A DNA stretch of 64,000 bases from Eledone cirrhosa (lineage: Eukaryota): the NCBI GenBank assembly GCA_964016885.1, contig OZ024752.1, positions 34,224,001 through 34,288,000 of the forward strand, given 5' to 3'. Positions 1 through 13,802 of this stretch are shown here, one piece after another (the first letter of the stretch is position 1; the number at the start of each line of letters is the position of its first letter). The notes under the pieces are model-generated. The model was not told the origin of the DNA, made no database searches, and saw only the letters and a program-made list of their open reading frames with translations. The position numbers and the translations under genes are program-made.

Positions 1-3000
1 GGGGAAAAGGTACCAGCCAGACAGAAGGTGATGTGGTGGTGGTGGTGGTTGGGGAAAAGGTACCAGGCAGACAGAAGGTGATGTGGTGGTGGTTGGGGAA
101 AAGGTACCAGCCAGACAGAAGGTGATGTGGTGGTGGGGTGGTGGTTGGGGAAAAGCTACCGGGCAGACAGAAGGTGATGTGGTGGTGGGGTGGTGGTTGG
201 GGAAAAGGTACCGGGCAGACAGAAGGTGATGTGGTGGTGGGGTGGTGGTTGGGGAAAAGGTACCGGGCAGACAGAAGGTGATGTGGTGGTGGGGTGGTGG
301 TTTATGGAAAAGGTACCGGGCAGACAGAAGGTGATGTGGTGGTGGGGTGGTGGTTGGGGAAAAGGTACCAGCCAGACAGGTGATGTGGTGGTGGTGGTGG
401 TTGGGGAAAAGGTACCAGGTAGACAGAAGGTGATGTGGTGGTGGTTGGGGAAAAGGTACCAGGCAGACAGAAGGTGATGTGGTGGTGGTGGTGGTGGTTG
501 GGGAAAAGGTACCAGCCAGACAGAAGGTGATGTGGTGGTGGTGGTGGTGGTTGGGGAAAAGGTACCAGCCAGACAGAAGGTGATGAGGTGGTGGTGGTGG
601 TGGTGGTTGGGGAAAAGGTACCAGGCAGACAGAAGGTGATGTGGTGGTGGTTGGGGAAAAGGTACCAGGCAGACAGAAGGTGATGTGGTGGTGGTGGTGG
701 TCGGGGGAAAAGGTACCAGGCAGACAGAAGGTGATGTGGTGGTGGTGGTGGTGGTTGGGGAAAAGGTACCAGCCAGACAGAAGGTGATGTGGTGGTGGTG
801 GTGGTGGTGGTTGGGGAAAAGGTACCAGGCAGACAGAAGGTGATGTGGTGGTGGTTGGGGAAAAGGTACCAGGCAGACAGAAGGTGATGTGGTGGTGGTG
901 GTGGTTGGGGAAAAGGTACCAGGCAGACAGAAGGTGATGTGGTGGTGGTTGGGGAAAAGGTACCAGCCAGACAGAAGGTGATGTGGTGGTGGGGTGGTGG
1001 TTGGGGAAAAGGTACCAGCCAGACAGAAGGTGATGTGGTGGTGGTGGTGGTGGTGGTTGGGGAAAAGGTACCAGCCAGACAGAAGGTGATGTGGTGGTGG
1101 TCGGGGGAAAAGGTACCAGCCAGACAGAAGGTGATGTGGTGGTGGTGGTGGTGGTGGTTGGGGAAAAGGTACCAGGCAGACAGAAGGTGATGTGGTGGTG
1201 GTCGGGGGAAAAGGTACCAGGCAGACAGAAAGTGATGTGGTGGTGGTGGTGGTGGTGGTTGGGGAAAAGGTACCAGGCAGACAGAAGGTGATGTGGTGGT
1301 GGTCGGGGGAAAAGGTACCAGCCAGACAGAAGGTGATGTGGTGGTGGTGGTGGTGGTTGGGGAAAGGTACCAGCCAGACAGAAGGTGATGTGGTGGTGGT
1401 GGTGGTTGGGGAAAAGGTACCAGCCAGACAGAAGGTGATGTGGTGGTGGTGGTGGTGGTGGTTCGGGAAAAGGTACCAGCCAGACAGAAGGTGATGTGGT
1501 GGTGGTGGTGGTTGGGGAAAAGGTACCAGGCAGACAGAAGGTGATGTGGTGGTGGTCGGGGGAAAAGGTACCAGCCAGACAGAAGGTGATGTGGTGGTGG
1601 TGGTGGTGGTGGTTGGGGAAAAGGTACCAGGCAGACAGAAGGTGATGTGGTGGTGGTGGTGGTAGTTGGGGAAAAGGTACCAGGCAGACAGAAGGTGATG
1701 TGGTGGTGGTGGTGGTTGGGGAAAAGATACCAGGCAGACAGAAGGTGATGTGGTGTGGTGGTGGTGGTTGGGGAAAAGGTACCAGCCAGACAGAAGGTGA
1801 TGTGGTGGTGTGGTGGTGGTTGGGGAAAAGGTACCAGCCAGACAGAAGGTGATGTGGTGGTGGTGGTGGTGGTTGGGGAAAAGGTACCAGCCAGACAGAA
1901 GGTGATGTGGTGGTGTGGTGGTGGTTGGGGAAAAGGTACCAGCCAGACAGAAGGTGATGTGGTGGTGTGGTGGTGGTTGGGGAAAAGGTACCAGCCAGAC
2001 AGAAGGTGATGTGGTGGTGGTGGTGGTGGTGGTGGTTGGGAAAAAGGTACCAGGCAGACAGAAGGTGATGTGGTGGTGGTGGTGGTTGGGGAAAAGGTAC
2101 CAGGCAGACAGAAGGTGATGTGGTGGTGTGGTGGTGGTTGGGGAAAAGGTACCAGCCAGACAGAAGGTGATGTGGTGGTGTGGTGGTGGTTGGGGAAAAG
2201 GTACCAGCCAGACAGAAGGTGATGTGGTGGTGTGGTGGTGGTTGGGGAAAAGGTACCAGCCAGACAGAAGGTGATGTGGTGGTGGTGGTGGTGGTGGTGG
2301 TTGGGAAAAAGGTACCAGGCAGACAGAAGGTGATGTGGTGGTGGTGGTGGTTGGGGAAAAGGTACCAGCCAGACAGAAGGTGATGTGGTGGTGGTGGTGG
2401 TTGGGAAAAAGGTACCAGGCAGACAGAAGGTGATGTGGTGGTGGTGGTGGTTGGGGAAAAGGTACCAGTCAGACTGAAGGTGATGTGGTGGTGGTGGTGG
2501 TTGGGGAAAAGGTACCAGTCAGACAGAAGGTGATGTGGTGGTGGTGGTGGTTGGGGAAAAGGTACCAGCCAGACAGAAGGTGATGTGGTGGTGGTGGTGG
2601 TGGTGGTGGTTGGGAAAAAGGTACCAGGCAGACAGAAGGTGATGTGGTGGTGGTGGTGGTTGGGGAAAAGGTACCAGCCAGACAGAAGGTGATGTGGTGG
2701 TGGTGGTGGTTGGGGAAAAGGTACCAGGCAGACAGAAGGTGATGTGGTGGTGGTTGGGGAAAAGGTACCAGCCAGACAGAAGGTGATGTGGTGGTGGGGT
2801 GGTGGTTGGGGAAAAGCTACCGGGCAGACAGAAGGTGATGTGGTGGTGGGGTGGTGGTTGGGGAAAAGGTACCGGGCAGACAGAAGGTGATGTGGTGGTG
2901 GGGTGGTGGTTGGGGAAAAGGTACCGGGCAGACAGAAGGTGATGTGGTGGTGGGGTGGTGGTTTATGGAAAAGGTACCGGGCAGACAGAAGGTGATGTGG

Positions 3001-3985
3001 TGGTGGGGTGGTGGTTGGGGAAAAGGTACCAGCCAGACAGGTGATGTGGTGGTGGTGGTGGTTGGGGAAAAGGTACCAGGTAGACAGAAGGTGATGTGGT
3101 GGTGGTGGTGGTGGTTGGGGAAAAGGTACCAGCCAGACAGAAGGTGATGTGGTGGTGGTGGTTGGGGAAAAGGTACCAGCCAGACAGAAGGTGATGTGGT
3201 GGTGGGGTGGTGGTTGGGGAAAAGGTACCAGCCAGACAGAAGGTGATGTGGTGGTGGTGGTGGTTGGGGAAAAGGTACCAGCCAGACAGAAGGTGATGTG
3301 GTGGTGGTGGTTGGGGAAAAGGTACCAGCCAGACAGAAGGTGATGTGGTGGTGGTGGTTGGGGAAAAGGTACCAGCCAGACAGAAGGTGATGTGGTGGTG
3401 GGGTGGTGGTTGGGGAAAAGGTACCAGCCAGACAGAAGGTGATGTGGTGGTGGTGGTGGTTGGGGAAAAGGTACCAGCCAGACAGAAGGTGATGTGGTGG
3501 TGGGGTGGTGGTTGGGGAAAAGGTACCAGCCAGACAGAAGGTGATGTGGTGGTGGTGGTGGTGGTTGGGGAAAAGGTACAGGCAGACAGAAGGTGATGTG
3601 GTGGTGGTGGTGGTTGGGGAAAAGGTACCAGCCAGACAGAAGGTGATGTGGTGGTGGTGGTGGTGGTGGTTGGGGAAAAGGTACCAGGCAGACAGAAGGT
3701 GATGTGGTGGTGGTGGTGGTTGGGGGAAAAGGTACCAGGCAGACAGAAGGTGATGTGGTGGTGGTGGTGGTGGTGGTTGGGGAAAAGGTACCAGCCAGAC
3801 AGAAGGTGATGTGGTGGTGGTATGGTGGTTGGGGAAAAGTTACAGGCAGACAGAAGGTGATGTGGTGGTGGTGGTGGTGGTGGTTGGGGAAAAGGTACCA
3901 GCCAGACAGAAGGTGATGTGGTGGTGGTGGTGGTTGGGGATAGGTACCTGCCAGACAGAAGGTGATGTGGTGGTGGTTGTTGGGA
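1..3985. repeat. G-rich minisatellite, ~40-55 bp unit GGGGAAAAGGTACCAG(C/G)CAGACAGAAGGTGATGT(GGT)nT
   Basis: Constant ~34-bp core repeated throughout, with a variable-length (GGT)n tract; runs off the left window edge. Confidence 0.98.
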
Positions 3986-4317
3986 AACCGTTTTATAAAT
4001 AGAGCCATTAAAAACTGAACTAAAAGACAAACTTGGAAAGTGTGGAAGGCAGTGGATAGAAGGAAACAATAAAAGGCAGCGAGAAGAGAAACTAGGTATT
4101 GGGTTTATTTAGAATGAGGAGGAGGAAGGGAGGGGTGTGGGGCAGAAAGTAAGAGGTTTGTCAATGCCCTACAGTGAAAAGATCCTAGGTGTGAAGTATT
4201 CCAAATGGCAAGACAGTGTACAAAAGAGTAGTGAGAGGGTAGAGTATATGAAACAAATTTGGCTCACTTACTCTTACTGAAATATTACTATGAAAGGTAA
4301 GTTTGATAACCTGAGAC

Positions 4318-5745
4318 TTATCCCTTTACCATTCATATTACTCTATATATACTATTGTATTTTCATGGTAAAGGCTTTACCTCACATAACATTTACATTG
4401 GGTTAACTTTGCCTTTCATCCTTACGGGGTCGATAAAATAAAGTACCAGTAATACACTGGGTAATTTACTCTATATAAACTATTATATTTTCATGGTAAA
4501 GGCTTTACCTCACATAACATTTACATTACTCTATATATACTATTATATTTTCATGGTAAAGGCTTTACCTCACATAACATTTACATTACTCTATATATAT
4601 ACTATTGTATTTTCATGGTAAAGGCTTTACCTCACATAACATTCACATTACTCTATATATACTATTGTATTTTCATGGTAAAGGCTTTACCTCACATAAA
4701 TATCTCACATAACATTTACATTACTCTATATATACTATTATATTTTCATGGTAAAGGCTTTACCTCACATAACATTTACATTACTCTATATATACTATTG
4801 TATTTTCATGGTAAAGGCTTTACCTCACATAAATATCTCACATAACATTTACATTACTCTATATATACTATTGTATTTTCATGGTAAAGGCTTTACCTCA
4901 CATAACATTTACATTACTCTATATATACTATTGTATTTTCATGGTAAAGGCTTTACCTCACATAAATATCTCACATAACATTCACATTACTCTATATATA
5001 CTATTGTATTTTCATGGTAAAGGCTTTACCTCACATAAATATCTCACATAACATTTACATTACTCTATATATACTATTATATTTTCATGGTAAAGGCTTT
5101 ACCTCACATAACATTCACATTACTCTATATATACTATTGTATTTTCATGGTAAAGGCTTTACCTCACATAAATATCTCACATAACATTCACATTACTCTA
5201 TATATACTATTGTATTTTCATGGTAAAGGCTTTACCTCCCATAACATTTACATTACTCTATATATACTATTGTATTTTCATGGTAAAGGCTTTACCTCAC
5301 ATAATATCTCACATAACATTCACATTACTCTATATATACTATTGTATTTTCATGGTAAAGGCTTTATCTCACATAATTATCTCACATAACATTCACATTA
5401 CTCTATATATACTATTGTATTTTCATGGTAAAGGCTTTATCTCACATAATTATCTCACATAACATTCACATTACTCTATATATACTATTATATTTTCATG
5501 GTAAAGGCTTTACCTCACATAAATATCTCACATAACATTCACATTACTCTATATATACTATTGTATTTTCATGGTAAAGGCTTTACCTTACATAAATATC
5601 TCACATAATATCGAATCTATGAGATTTTGAAAGTATTTATTTTGAGAACTTAACATCAGTTTGAGTGGCTAGTTACAGCCAGTTTCAACAGAAAAAGGTA
5701 GAGAATTCTGGCTGGTTTTGGCCGGTTTGAACATTAAAGGGTTAA
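4318..5745. mobile_element. piggyBac-type MITE expanded by an internal 58/75-bp tandem array; SINE fragment at ~4400-4465
   Basis: Starts TTAT-CCCTTTACCATT, ends ACATTAAAGGG-TTAA; the repeat unit matches the end of the 200-bp MITE at 13575-13775. Confidence 0.85.
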
Positions 5746-5857
5746 ATAAAAGGAAAATTGTAAACCAAAAAATAATAGTAAAACAGAAGCCAAACAATGA
5801 AAGGAGGAGGAAAATCATGCTACTTTTACCTCCTTACAGACAACTAATGCTGCACGC

Positions 5858-8372
5858 CAGGTCTGAGCACAGAAGAGCTAAACTCCCACTGTCATCGCCT
5901 CCGTCTCTCTCACCCTCCCCATCTCTCACACGTACACCAGGTTCGAACACACAGAAGAGCTAAACTCCCACTGTCATCGCCTCCGTCCCTCTCACCCTCC
6001 CCATCTCTCACACGTACACCAGGTTCGAACACACAGAAGAGCTAAACTCCCACTGTCATCGCCTCCGTCCCTCTCACCCTCCCCATCTCTCACACGTACA
6101 CCAGGTTCGAACACACAGAAGAGCTAAACTCCCACTGTCATCGCCTCCGTCCCTCTCACCCTCCCCATCTCTCACACGTACAAACACACAGAAGAGCTAA
6201 ACTCCCACTGTCATCGCCTCCGTCCCTCTCACCCTCCCCATCTCTCACATGTACACCAGGTTCGAACACACAGAAGAGCTAAACTCCCACTGTCATCGCC
6301 TCTGTCCCTCTCACCCTCCCCATCTCTCACACATACACCAGGTTCAAACACACAGAAGAGCTAAACTCCCACTGTCATCGCCTCCGTCTCTCTCACCCTC
6401 CCCATCTCTCACACATACACCAGGTTCGAACACACAGAAGAGCTAAACTCCCACTGTCATCACCTCCGTCCCTCTCACCCTCCCCATCTCTCACACATAC
6501 ACCAGGTTCGAACACACAGAAGAGCTAAACTCCCACTGTCATCGCCTCCGTCCCTCTCACCCTCCCCATCTCTCACACATACACCAGGTTCGAACACACA
6601 GAAGAGCTAAACTCCCACTGTCATCGCCTCCGTCCCTCTCACCCTCCCCATCTCTCACACGTACACCAGGTTCGAACACACAGAAGAGCTAAACACCCAC
6701 TGTCATCGCCTCCATCTCTCTCACCCTCCCCATCTCTCACACGTACACCAGGTTCGAACACACAGAAGAGCTAAACACCCACTGTCATCGCCTCCATCTC
6801 TCTCACCCTCCCCATCTCTCACACGTACACCAGGTTCGAACACACAGAAGAGCTAAACTCCCACTGTCATCGCCTCCATCTCTCTCACCCTCCCCATCTC
6901 TCACACGTACACCAGGTTCGAACACACAGAAGAGCTAAACTCCCACTGTCATCGCCTCCGTCCCTCTCGCCCTCCCCATCTCTCACACGTACACCAGGTT
7001 CGAACACACAGAAGAGCTAAACTCCCACTGCCATCGCCTCCCTCACCCTTCCCACCTCTCACACGTACACCAGGTTCGAACACACAGAAGAGCTAAACTC
7101 CCACTGTCATCGCCTCCGTCCCTCTCACCCTCCCCATCTCTCACACGTACACCAGGTTCGAACACACAGAAGAGCTAAACTCCCACTGTCATCGCCCCCG
7201 TCTCTCTCACCCTCCCCATCTCTCACACGTACACCAGGTTCGAACACACAGAAGAGCTAAACTCCCACTGTCATCGCCCCCGTCTCTCTCACCCTCCCCA
7301 TCTCTCACACGTACACCAGGTTCGAACACACAGAAGAGCTAAACTCCCACTGTCATCGCCTCCATCTCTCTCACCCTCCCCATCTCTCACACGTACACCA
7401 GGTTCGAACACACAGAAGAGCTAAACTCCCACTGTCATCGCCTCCGTCCCTCTCACCCTCCCCATCTCTCACACGTACACCAGGTTCGAACACACAGAAG
7501 AGCTAAACTCCCACTGTCATCGCCTCCATCTCTCTCACCCTCCCCATCTCTCACACGTACACCAGGTTCGAACACACAGAAGAGCTAAACTCCCACTGTC
7601 ATCGCCTCCGTCCCTCTCACCCTCCCCATCTCTCACACATACACCAGGTTCGAACACACAGAAGAGCTAAACTCCCACTGTCATCGCCTCCATCTCTCTC
7701 ACTCTCCCCATCTCTCACACGTACACCAGGTTCGAACACACAGAAGAGCTAAACTCCCACTGTCACCGCCTCCGTCCCTCTCACCCTCCCCATCTCTCAC
7801 ACGTACACCAGGTTCGAACACACAGAAGAGCTAAACTCCCACTGTCATCGCCTCCGTCCCTCTCACCCTCCCCATCTCTCACACGTACACCAGGTTCGAA
7901 CACACAGAAGAGCTAAACTCCCACTGTCATCGCCTCCGTCCCTCTCACCCTCCCCATCTCTCACACATACACCAGGTTCGAACACACAGAAGAGCTAAAC
8001 TCCCACTGTCATCGCCTCCGTCCCTCTCACCCTCCCCATCTCTCACACATACACCAGGTTCGAACACACAGAAGAGCTAAACTCCCACTGTCATCGCCTC
8101 CGTCCCTCTCACCCTCCCCATCTCTCACACATACACCAGGTTCGAACACACAGAAGCGCTAAACTCCCACTGTCATCGCCTCCGTCCCTCTCACCCTCCC
8201 CATCTCTCACACATACACCAGGTTCGAACACACAGAAGAGCTAAACTCCCACTGTCATCGCCTCCGTCCCTCTCACCCTCCCCATCTCTCACACATACAC
8301 CAGGTTCGAACACACAGAAGCGCTAAACTCCCACTGTCATCGCCTCCATCTCTCTCACCCTCCCCATCTCTC
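5858..8372. repeat. 82-bp minisatellite (~30 copies)
   Basis: Unit CACCAGGTTCGAACACACAGAAGAGCTAAACTCCCACTGTCATCGCCTCCGTCCCTCTCACCCTCCCCATCTCTCACACGTA; period 82 (5941 to 6023). Confidence 0.97.
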
Positions 8373-8513
8373 TGTATTATGAGCAAATGGGGGTTCCACA
8401 TGCTGGCCGCCTCACGGCCCCAGCGGACAGAATGGATAAGGTGTTTCCATGGAGGATGGTAAGGGAGATGTGCTTTGAATGCGGAGAATACATGAGAGAG
8501 TGAGGGTTGACCC

Positions 8514-8832
8514 CAGAGGTTCCCAACTTTTTGTGTCCCATGCCCCACTTCAACACCTCAAACATTTTAATGCCCCACTTTGATATAAAAACAGCAATTA
8601 TCAACTACAAAGTGTAAACAAAATGGCGTATGGGTGATGTCAGATGCACAATAACATGTGTGGAAGAGGTTGGACAGGAGTTTCCGACAGTAATTTGTTC
8701 CAAAGTTGCCTTGGTGTAAAAGTAATAAGGTAAAACTTGAAGTTTGCTCTCATTAACATCATTTTCAAATTGCCACCTCGAATATTCAAATTGCTTCTCT
8801 GTGGGGCATGCACCCCACATTGGGAATCACTG
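8514..8832. mobile_element. hAT-like non-autonomous DNA transposon (MITE)
   Basis: Imperfect TIRs CAGAGGTTCCCAA / TTGGGAATCACTG; TSD degenerate. Confidence 0.55.
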
Positions 8833-9467
8833 GTCTACACCAAAAAGACTCAACTGAGAGACCAGCCATCAAAGTTGACAGCAGTATGGTAGATAAGACA
8901 ATTAAGGTAATGAAGGTAGGGGTGACAGCTGGCCCTTTGGAGATTGTTGCTGAGATTTTAAACTATCTGGTGTAGTAGGACACAGACTAGTTACTCATAC
9001 AGTAAACCAGGTAATACAGGAAGGTATTATAACAATGAGTGGTGCAGTAGCATCATTGGCAACTGCTTCAAAGGTAAAATATACTATTTTAGGGTAGAGG
9101 AACTCTTTAGTTGAGCCAATGATCAACATGCTTCCTAGTGTTGGTACTAATATAAAATGCACCCATCACACTCTGTAAAACGGTTGGCGTTAGGAAGGTC
9201 ATCCAGATGTAGAAAGCTTTCCAAACAAAGGATTGAGAGGATTCTTCATCTGTGCCAAAGACATGGCAATCAACATGAGGTAGTGTATGTGGGCAAGAAG
9301 CAGGTACCTGGTCCATCTGAAAGGTCAGTAATCCCAATTAAGTACTGACTTGACCTGACCTGTGATGACATGTCTAACCTTTTCTAGCAGGGAGAACAGA
9401 TGTACGATGATGATGCACATACATGCACTCACTCATGTACACACACACACAGACACACACACACGTA

Positions 9468-9686
9468 TATCGACAGTCGATCGACTTTCGTCAAACCGGC
9501 TCGAGGAAACAATGTTTACATTGGTCTTTCCAATCGCTAATACTATCTATCGGTCGCAACTCCAGGTAGAAGGAGCAACGTGAAATAAAGTGTCTTGATC
9601 AAGGACATAATGCATTGCCTGGTCCAGAAGTCGAACTTACAACCTCGTGATTGTGAATCCAATTTTCTAACCACTCAGCGATGCGC

Positions 9687-9690
<4 letters not shown>
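9468..9690 (-). mobile_element. tRNA-head SINE, family A2 (copies at 20590-20810 +, 49088-49310 -, partial 23520-23680 -)
   Basis: Shared body GACAGTCGATCGACTTTCGTC...GGTCGCAACTCCAGGTAGAAGG; A/B-box head GGCTGAGTAGTTAGAG...GAGTTCGATTCC in the 20590 copy. Confidence 0.85.
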
Positions 9691-9719
<29 letters not shown>

Positions 9720-9947
9720 GAAATTCTGCTCCATCAATCTCATTCCTGCTTTTTTCCTTTCCCTTTCTATACCCCTCTCATCTCATGCTTTAGACTCTCT
9801 TACTTCCTTTCTCTCAGTTCAATATATGGTTATATCTTAACCCAACTTTTTATTATATATACTACACCTACAATGTTCAGCTGTTTACAGCTACACTTTG
9901 TGCTGAGAATACAACAATTTTATGAAAATTTATATATATAAATATAT

Positions 9948-10296
9948 ATCATCATCATCATCATCATTTCATTTTACGTCCGCTTTTTCCCTGCTTGCAA
10001 GGGTGGGACGGGAAATGATTCTGGCTGGATTTCTACAGCTGGATGCCCTTCCTAACGCCAACCTCATTTACAGAGAGTGCTGGGTGCTTTTTTGCCGTGG
10101 CGCCTACACGTCCACTTTGCAGTGGAATGATAAGGAACCCAGTCCCTATCATCTCATTTCTACAGCTGAGTAAACTGGAGCAATGGGAAATAAAGTGTCT
10201 TGCTCAAGGAAACAACACATCACCCGGTCTGAGAATTGAACTCACAACCTTTCGATTACAAGTCCAATGCTCTAACCAGTAAGCCATGTGCCTCCA
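9948..10296 (-). mobile_element. tRNA-head SINE, family A1, with RTE-like 3' tail ending (GAT)n
   Basis: Head GGCTTA(C/G)TGGTTAGAGC...GAGTTCAATTCTC, central CCTTGAGCAAGACACTTTATTTC, tail CCGTCCCACCCTTGCAAGCAGGG...GGACGTAAAATGA. Confidence 0.9.
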
Positions 10297-10306
10297 TATA
10301 TATATA

Positions 10307-10534
10307 GAAAAAGAGTCAGGACTCCGATGGCTGAGCTCCAGCCATTTTGACAGCTAGATCTGAACTTTGGAGATTGTTGTTGAGATATTTAAACTATTGG
10401 ATCTAGCTGTTGAAACGGTCGGAACTCAGTTTTTTGGGTCCGGACATTTTTCCTATTACCCACTCTACTACCCTAAGTATTGAGTACTCTGGTGCGTTAT
10501 GGTCCCCCTGGTTTCTTACCTCACTTTCTTTGTT
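10307..10534 (+). mobile_element. Fold-back element, family G (Penelope-like terminus with hammerhead 3' half); CpG-decayed copy
   Basis: Inverted arms around ~10365-10398, then an ~85-nt tail (CCACTCTACTACCCTAAGTA...); flanked by TA repeats; homologous to 43287-43424, 43922-44113, 56241-56319. Confidence 0.7.
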
Positions 10535-11249
10535 ATATATATATACATATATAAAAATAGCCATAGCCCATTTTATTGAAATTACTTTTCACAGAATAAT
10601 TTCAAATACAAGAAAATTTTTAATAAAAATATTAAAAAAAAAAAAAAATAGAATTTCCCTCCAAAAATTTTATTTAAAAAACAGTAAAAACTTAAAATCA
10701 GTTTTAATTTTATCAGTTTCCTAAGTGTTACAGATTACAGATAACTAATTATTTGATCATAAAAAAACATGGTATCCAGTTACAATGTGCTTTAGTTGTG
10801 TCTTTTTCTTTGGTGAGTCATCAATCCTGCCAGCTTGTTGCTAAATAAATACCTTCATTTGCACCTTGTTCATGTTTATTTTATTTTATTTATATTCTAC
10901 AGGTCTATGTAGGATGAGTAATGGCAGCACATCATGTCAACCTTCAATGCTATTATTGTTATTATTATTATTATTATTGGCACATGGCAAATGATTTCAC
11001 ACACATTCATGTACATTCCAGTAATGTATTAGAAATATTGGTTTTTCAATAAATACATCTTTCACATTGTCCAACCCATGCAAGCATGGAAAAGCAGAGG
11101 TAAAAATGATGATGATTATGATAACTTTCACATATGCCAACATATATATTCCAATATTCTTTTAGAAATATTGGTTTTTCAATATCTTTCACATTGTATT
11201 GGATCCACTCTCAACATACATTCCAATATTGTTTCAGAAATTTGTTTTC

Positions 11250-12360
11250 CAATAAATATCTTTCACATTGTATTGGATCCATTACCAACATATACATTCC
11301 AATATTTATTAATAATGAAATTATTGTGTACAGTGCTCAGGTGCACTGCAACTCATCAAAAGTGCATATATTTTGGTTTTCCAATAAATATCTTTCACAT
11401 TGTATTGGATCCATTACCAACATATACATTCCAATATTTATTAATGATAATGAAATTATTGTGTACAGTGCTCAGGTGCACTGCAACTCATCAAACGTGC
11501 ATATATTTTGGTTTTCCAATAAATATCTTTCACATTGTATTGGATCCATTACCAACATATACATTCCAATATTTATTAATGATAATGAAATTATTGTGTA
11601 CAGTGCTCAGGTGCACTGCAACTCATCAAACGTGCATATATTTTGGTTTTCCAATAAATATCTTTCACATTGTATTGGATCCATTACCAACATATACATT
11701 CCAATATTTATTAATGATAATGAAATTATTGTGTACAGTGCTCAGGTGCACTGCAACTCATCAAACGTGCATATATTTTGGTTTTCCAATAAATATCTTT
11801 CACATTGTATTGGATCCATTACCAACATATACATTCCAATATTTATTAATGATAATGAAATTATTGTGTACAGTGCTCAGGTGCACTGCAACTCATCAAA
11901 CGTGCATATATTTTGGTTTTCCAATAAATATCTTTCACATTGTATTGGATCCATTACCAACATATACATTCCAATATTTATTAATGATAATGAAATTATT
12001 GTGTACAGTGCTCAGGTGCACTGCAACTCATCAAAGGTGCATATATTTTGGTTTTCCAATAAATATCTTTCACATTGTATTGGATCCATTACCAACATAT
12101 ACATTCCAATATTTATTAATGATAATGAAATTATTGTGTACAGTGCTCAGGTGCACTGCAACTCATCAAAGGTGCATATATTTTGGTTTTCCAATAAATA
12201 TCTTTCACATTGTATTGGATCCATTACCAACATATACATTCCAATATTTATTAATGATAATGAAATTATTGTGTACAGTGCTCAGGTGCACTGCAACTCA
12301 TCAAACGTGCATATATTTTGGTTTTCCAATAAATATCTTTCACATTGTATTAGATCCAAT
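11250..12360. repeat. 135-bp minisatellite (~8 copies)
   Basis: Period 135 (11381, 11516, 11651...); degenerate partial units upstream from ~11010. Confidence 0.97.
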
Positions 12361-12700
12361 GCCAATAGTTTCAGGAATAATAAAAAAAAAAGCTTCAGTT
12401 ATTCATCTTCACTTGAAGTTCTAAGTTCTTCAAATTTTCATTTTAGTTATTCTAAAGTCAAACAAAAATTGTTAAATTAACTTTACATATATCTAGCAGC
12501 TTTACAACTTCTCTTGTTTTCCACTTTTTAAAAATCTTTTTTAATGCTCATTTTGCCCTCACCCTGTTGGACTTGCCTATTTTAATTTTTATATTCACTT
12601 GTCTCGGTAGATCCTGTTTTTGTTTCTCAACAGTAATAAGTATTAGATTACCCGCCCCCCTCCTCTAGTCAGTCATGGCTTGCTAGCTCTAAACGGGTGT

Positions 12701-12912
12701 TTAATCCTTTAACATTTAAACCAGTCATATCTGGCCAGATTTCTCTCACCCCTTTCTGTTCAAACCAGCCGTAACTGGCTGCTCACACTGACATTAAGGT
12801 ATTGTTCAAAATCACATAGATCTAATATCATGTGAGATAATTATGTAAGATAAAGCCTTTACCATGAAAATACAATAGTAAATATAGAGTAATGTAAATG
12901 CTAAAGGGTTAA
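12701..12912. mobile_element. piggyBac-type MITE (~205 bp)
   Basis: TTAA flanks; TIR (C/T)CCTTTA(G/A)CATTT / AAATGCTAAAGGG. Confidence 0.85.
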
Positions 12913-13158
12913 ATTGATTAAATAAATATCATTTATTTCTTGGTGTTAAAATCTTTGTCACACTGTTTGCATTTTGGTCACTGACACCATGAAATAAATC
13001 ACGACTATAAAATGAATTTAACAGTTTCCGAGTGTTTTTGAAGTGGTTAAAATGACCTTTTCATCCATCCATCATGTAACTGTTTTACTTTCAACACACA
13101 CTTTCAGACCCAATTCCCTTGCCAGACAAGTTTTCTTCCTCTTCTTGCTCTTGCTTGA

Positions 13159-13310
13159 AGAGACTGGGGTCATCTTAGGTCAGTGATCCAGAGGAATTAT
13201 CATGCGTAGACTCAAATTTTTGTACAACTGGAAGTCATGAGACTGGGGTCATCTTAGGTCAGTGATCCAAAGGCATTATCATGTGTAGACCTCAAATTTT
13301 TGTACAACAA
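13159..13310. repeat. Two-copy ~80-bp tandem duplication
   Basis: GAGACTGGGGTCATCTTAGGTCAGTGATCC at 13159 and 13240. Confidence 0.9.
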
Positions 13311-13574
13311 CGGAAGGTACAAATGCCAAAGTTTGATAGGAATTTTTATCAGAAAACCATTTTCCAGATGTTCAATATACCAACTTTGTAGAAATAACTG
13401 CAAAATTTTATGATAATGCTGAGAAAAACAAACAAACCATTGTGTTTGTGTTGTGAGATTCGACAGTAAATGACAGTCAGATTATATCATGATAAAGTCA
13501 CATGATACCACGATACAGCAGATTATATCTTGGTACAGCAAGAAAAGAATTATTTTAAAGAAACTATGTTTCAG

Positions 13575-13775
13575 TTAACCCTTTAGCATTCATATTACTC
13601 TATATTTCACAATAAACACTTTATCTTACATAATATCAAATCTATGAGATTTTGATATCTATTTTGAGAACAATACCCTTAACATAAGTATAAGCAGCTG
13701 GTTATGGCTGGTTTGAACAGAAAGAGAGGAGAGAATTCTGGCCAAATATGGCCGGTTTAAATGCTAAAGGGTTAA
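13575..13775. mobile_element. piggyBac-type MITE (opposite orientation to 12701)
   Basis: TTAA-CCCTTTAGCATT ... AATGCTAAAGGG-TTAA. Confidence 0.9.
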
Positions 13776-13802
13776 TATATTTTCAATAAATGTATATATA
13801 TA

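Noticed and set aside
1-3985. CRISPR-like constant repeat with variable spacers
   Set aside because: The spacers are only (GGT)n length variants, there are no cas genes, and the context is eukaryotic
2963-4069. 368-aa P/T/H-rich minus-strand ORF
   Set aside because: Translation of the C-rich strand of the minisatellite
5858-8372. GGTTCGAAC in each 82-bp unit as a Pol III B box / tRNA array
   Set aside because: Incomplete match to the B-box consensus; no A box or cloverleaf seen
11078-12480. Two overlapping 448-aa ORFs
   Set aside because: Produced by a 135-bp (multiple of 3) tandem unit lacking stops in two frames; no recognisable domain and units nearly identical at the DNA level
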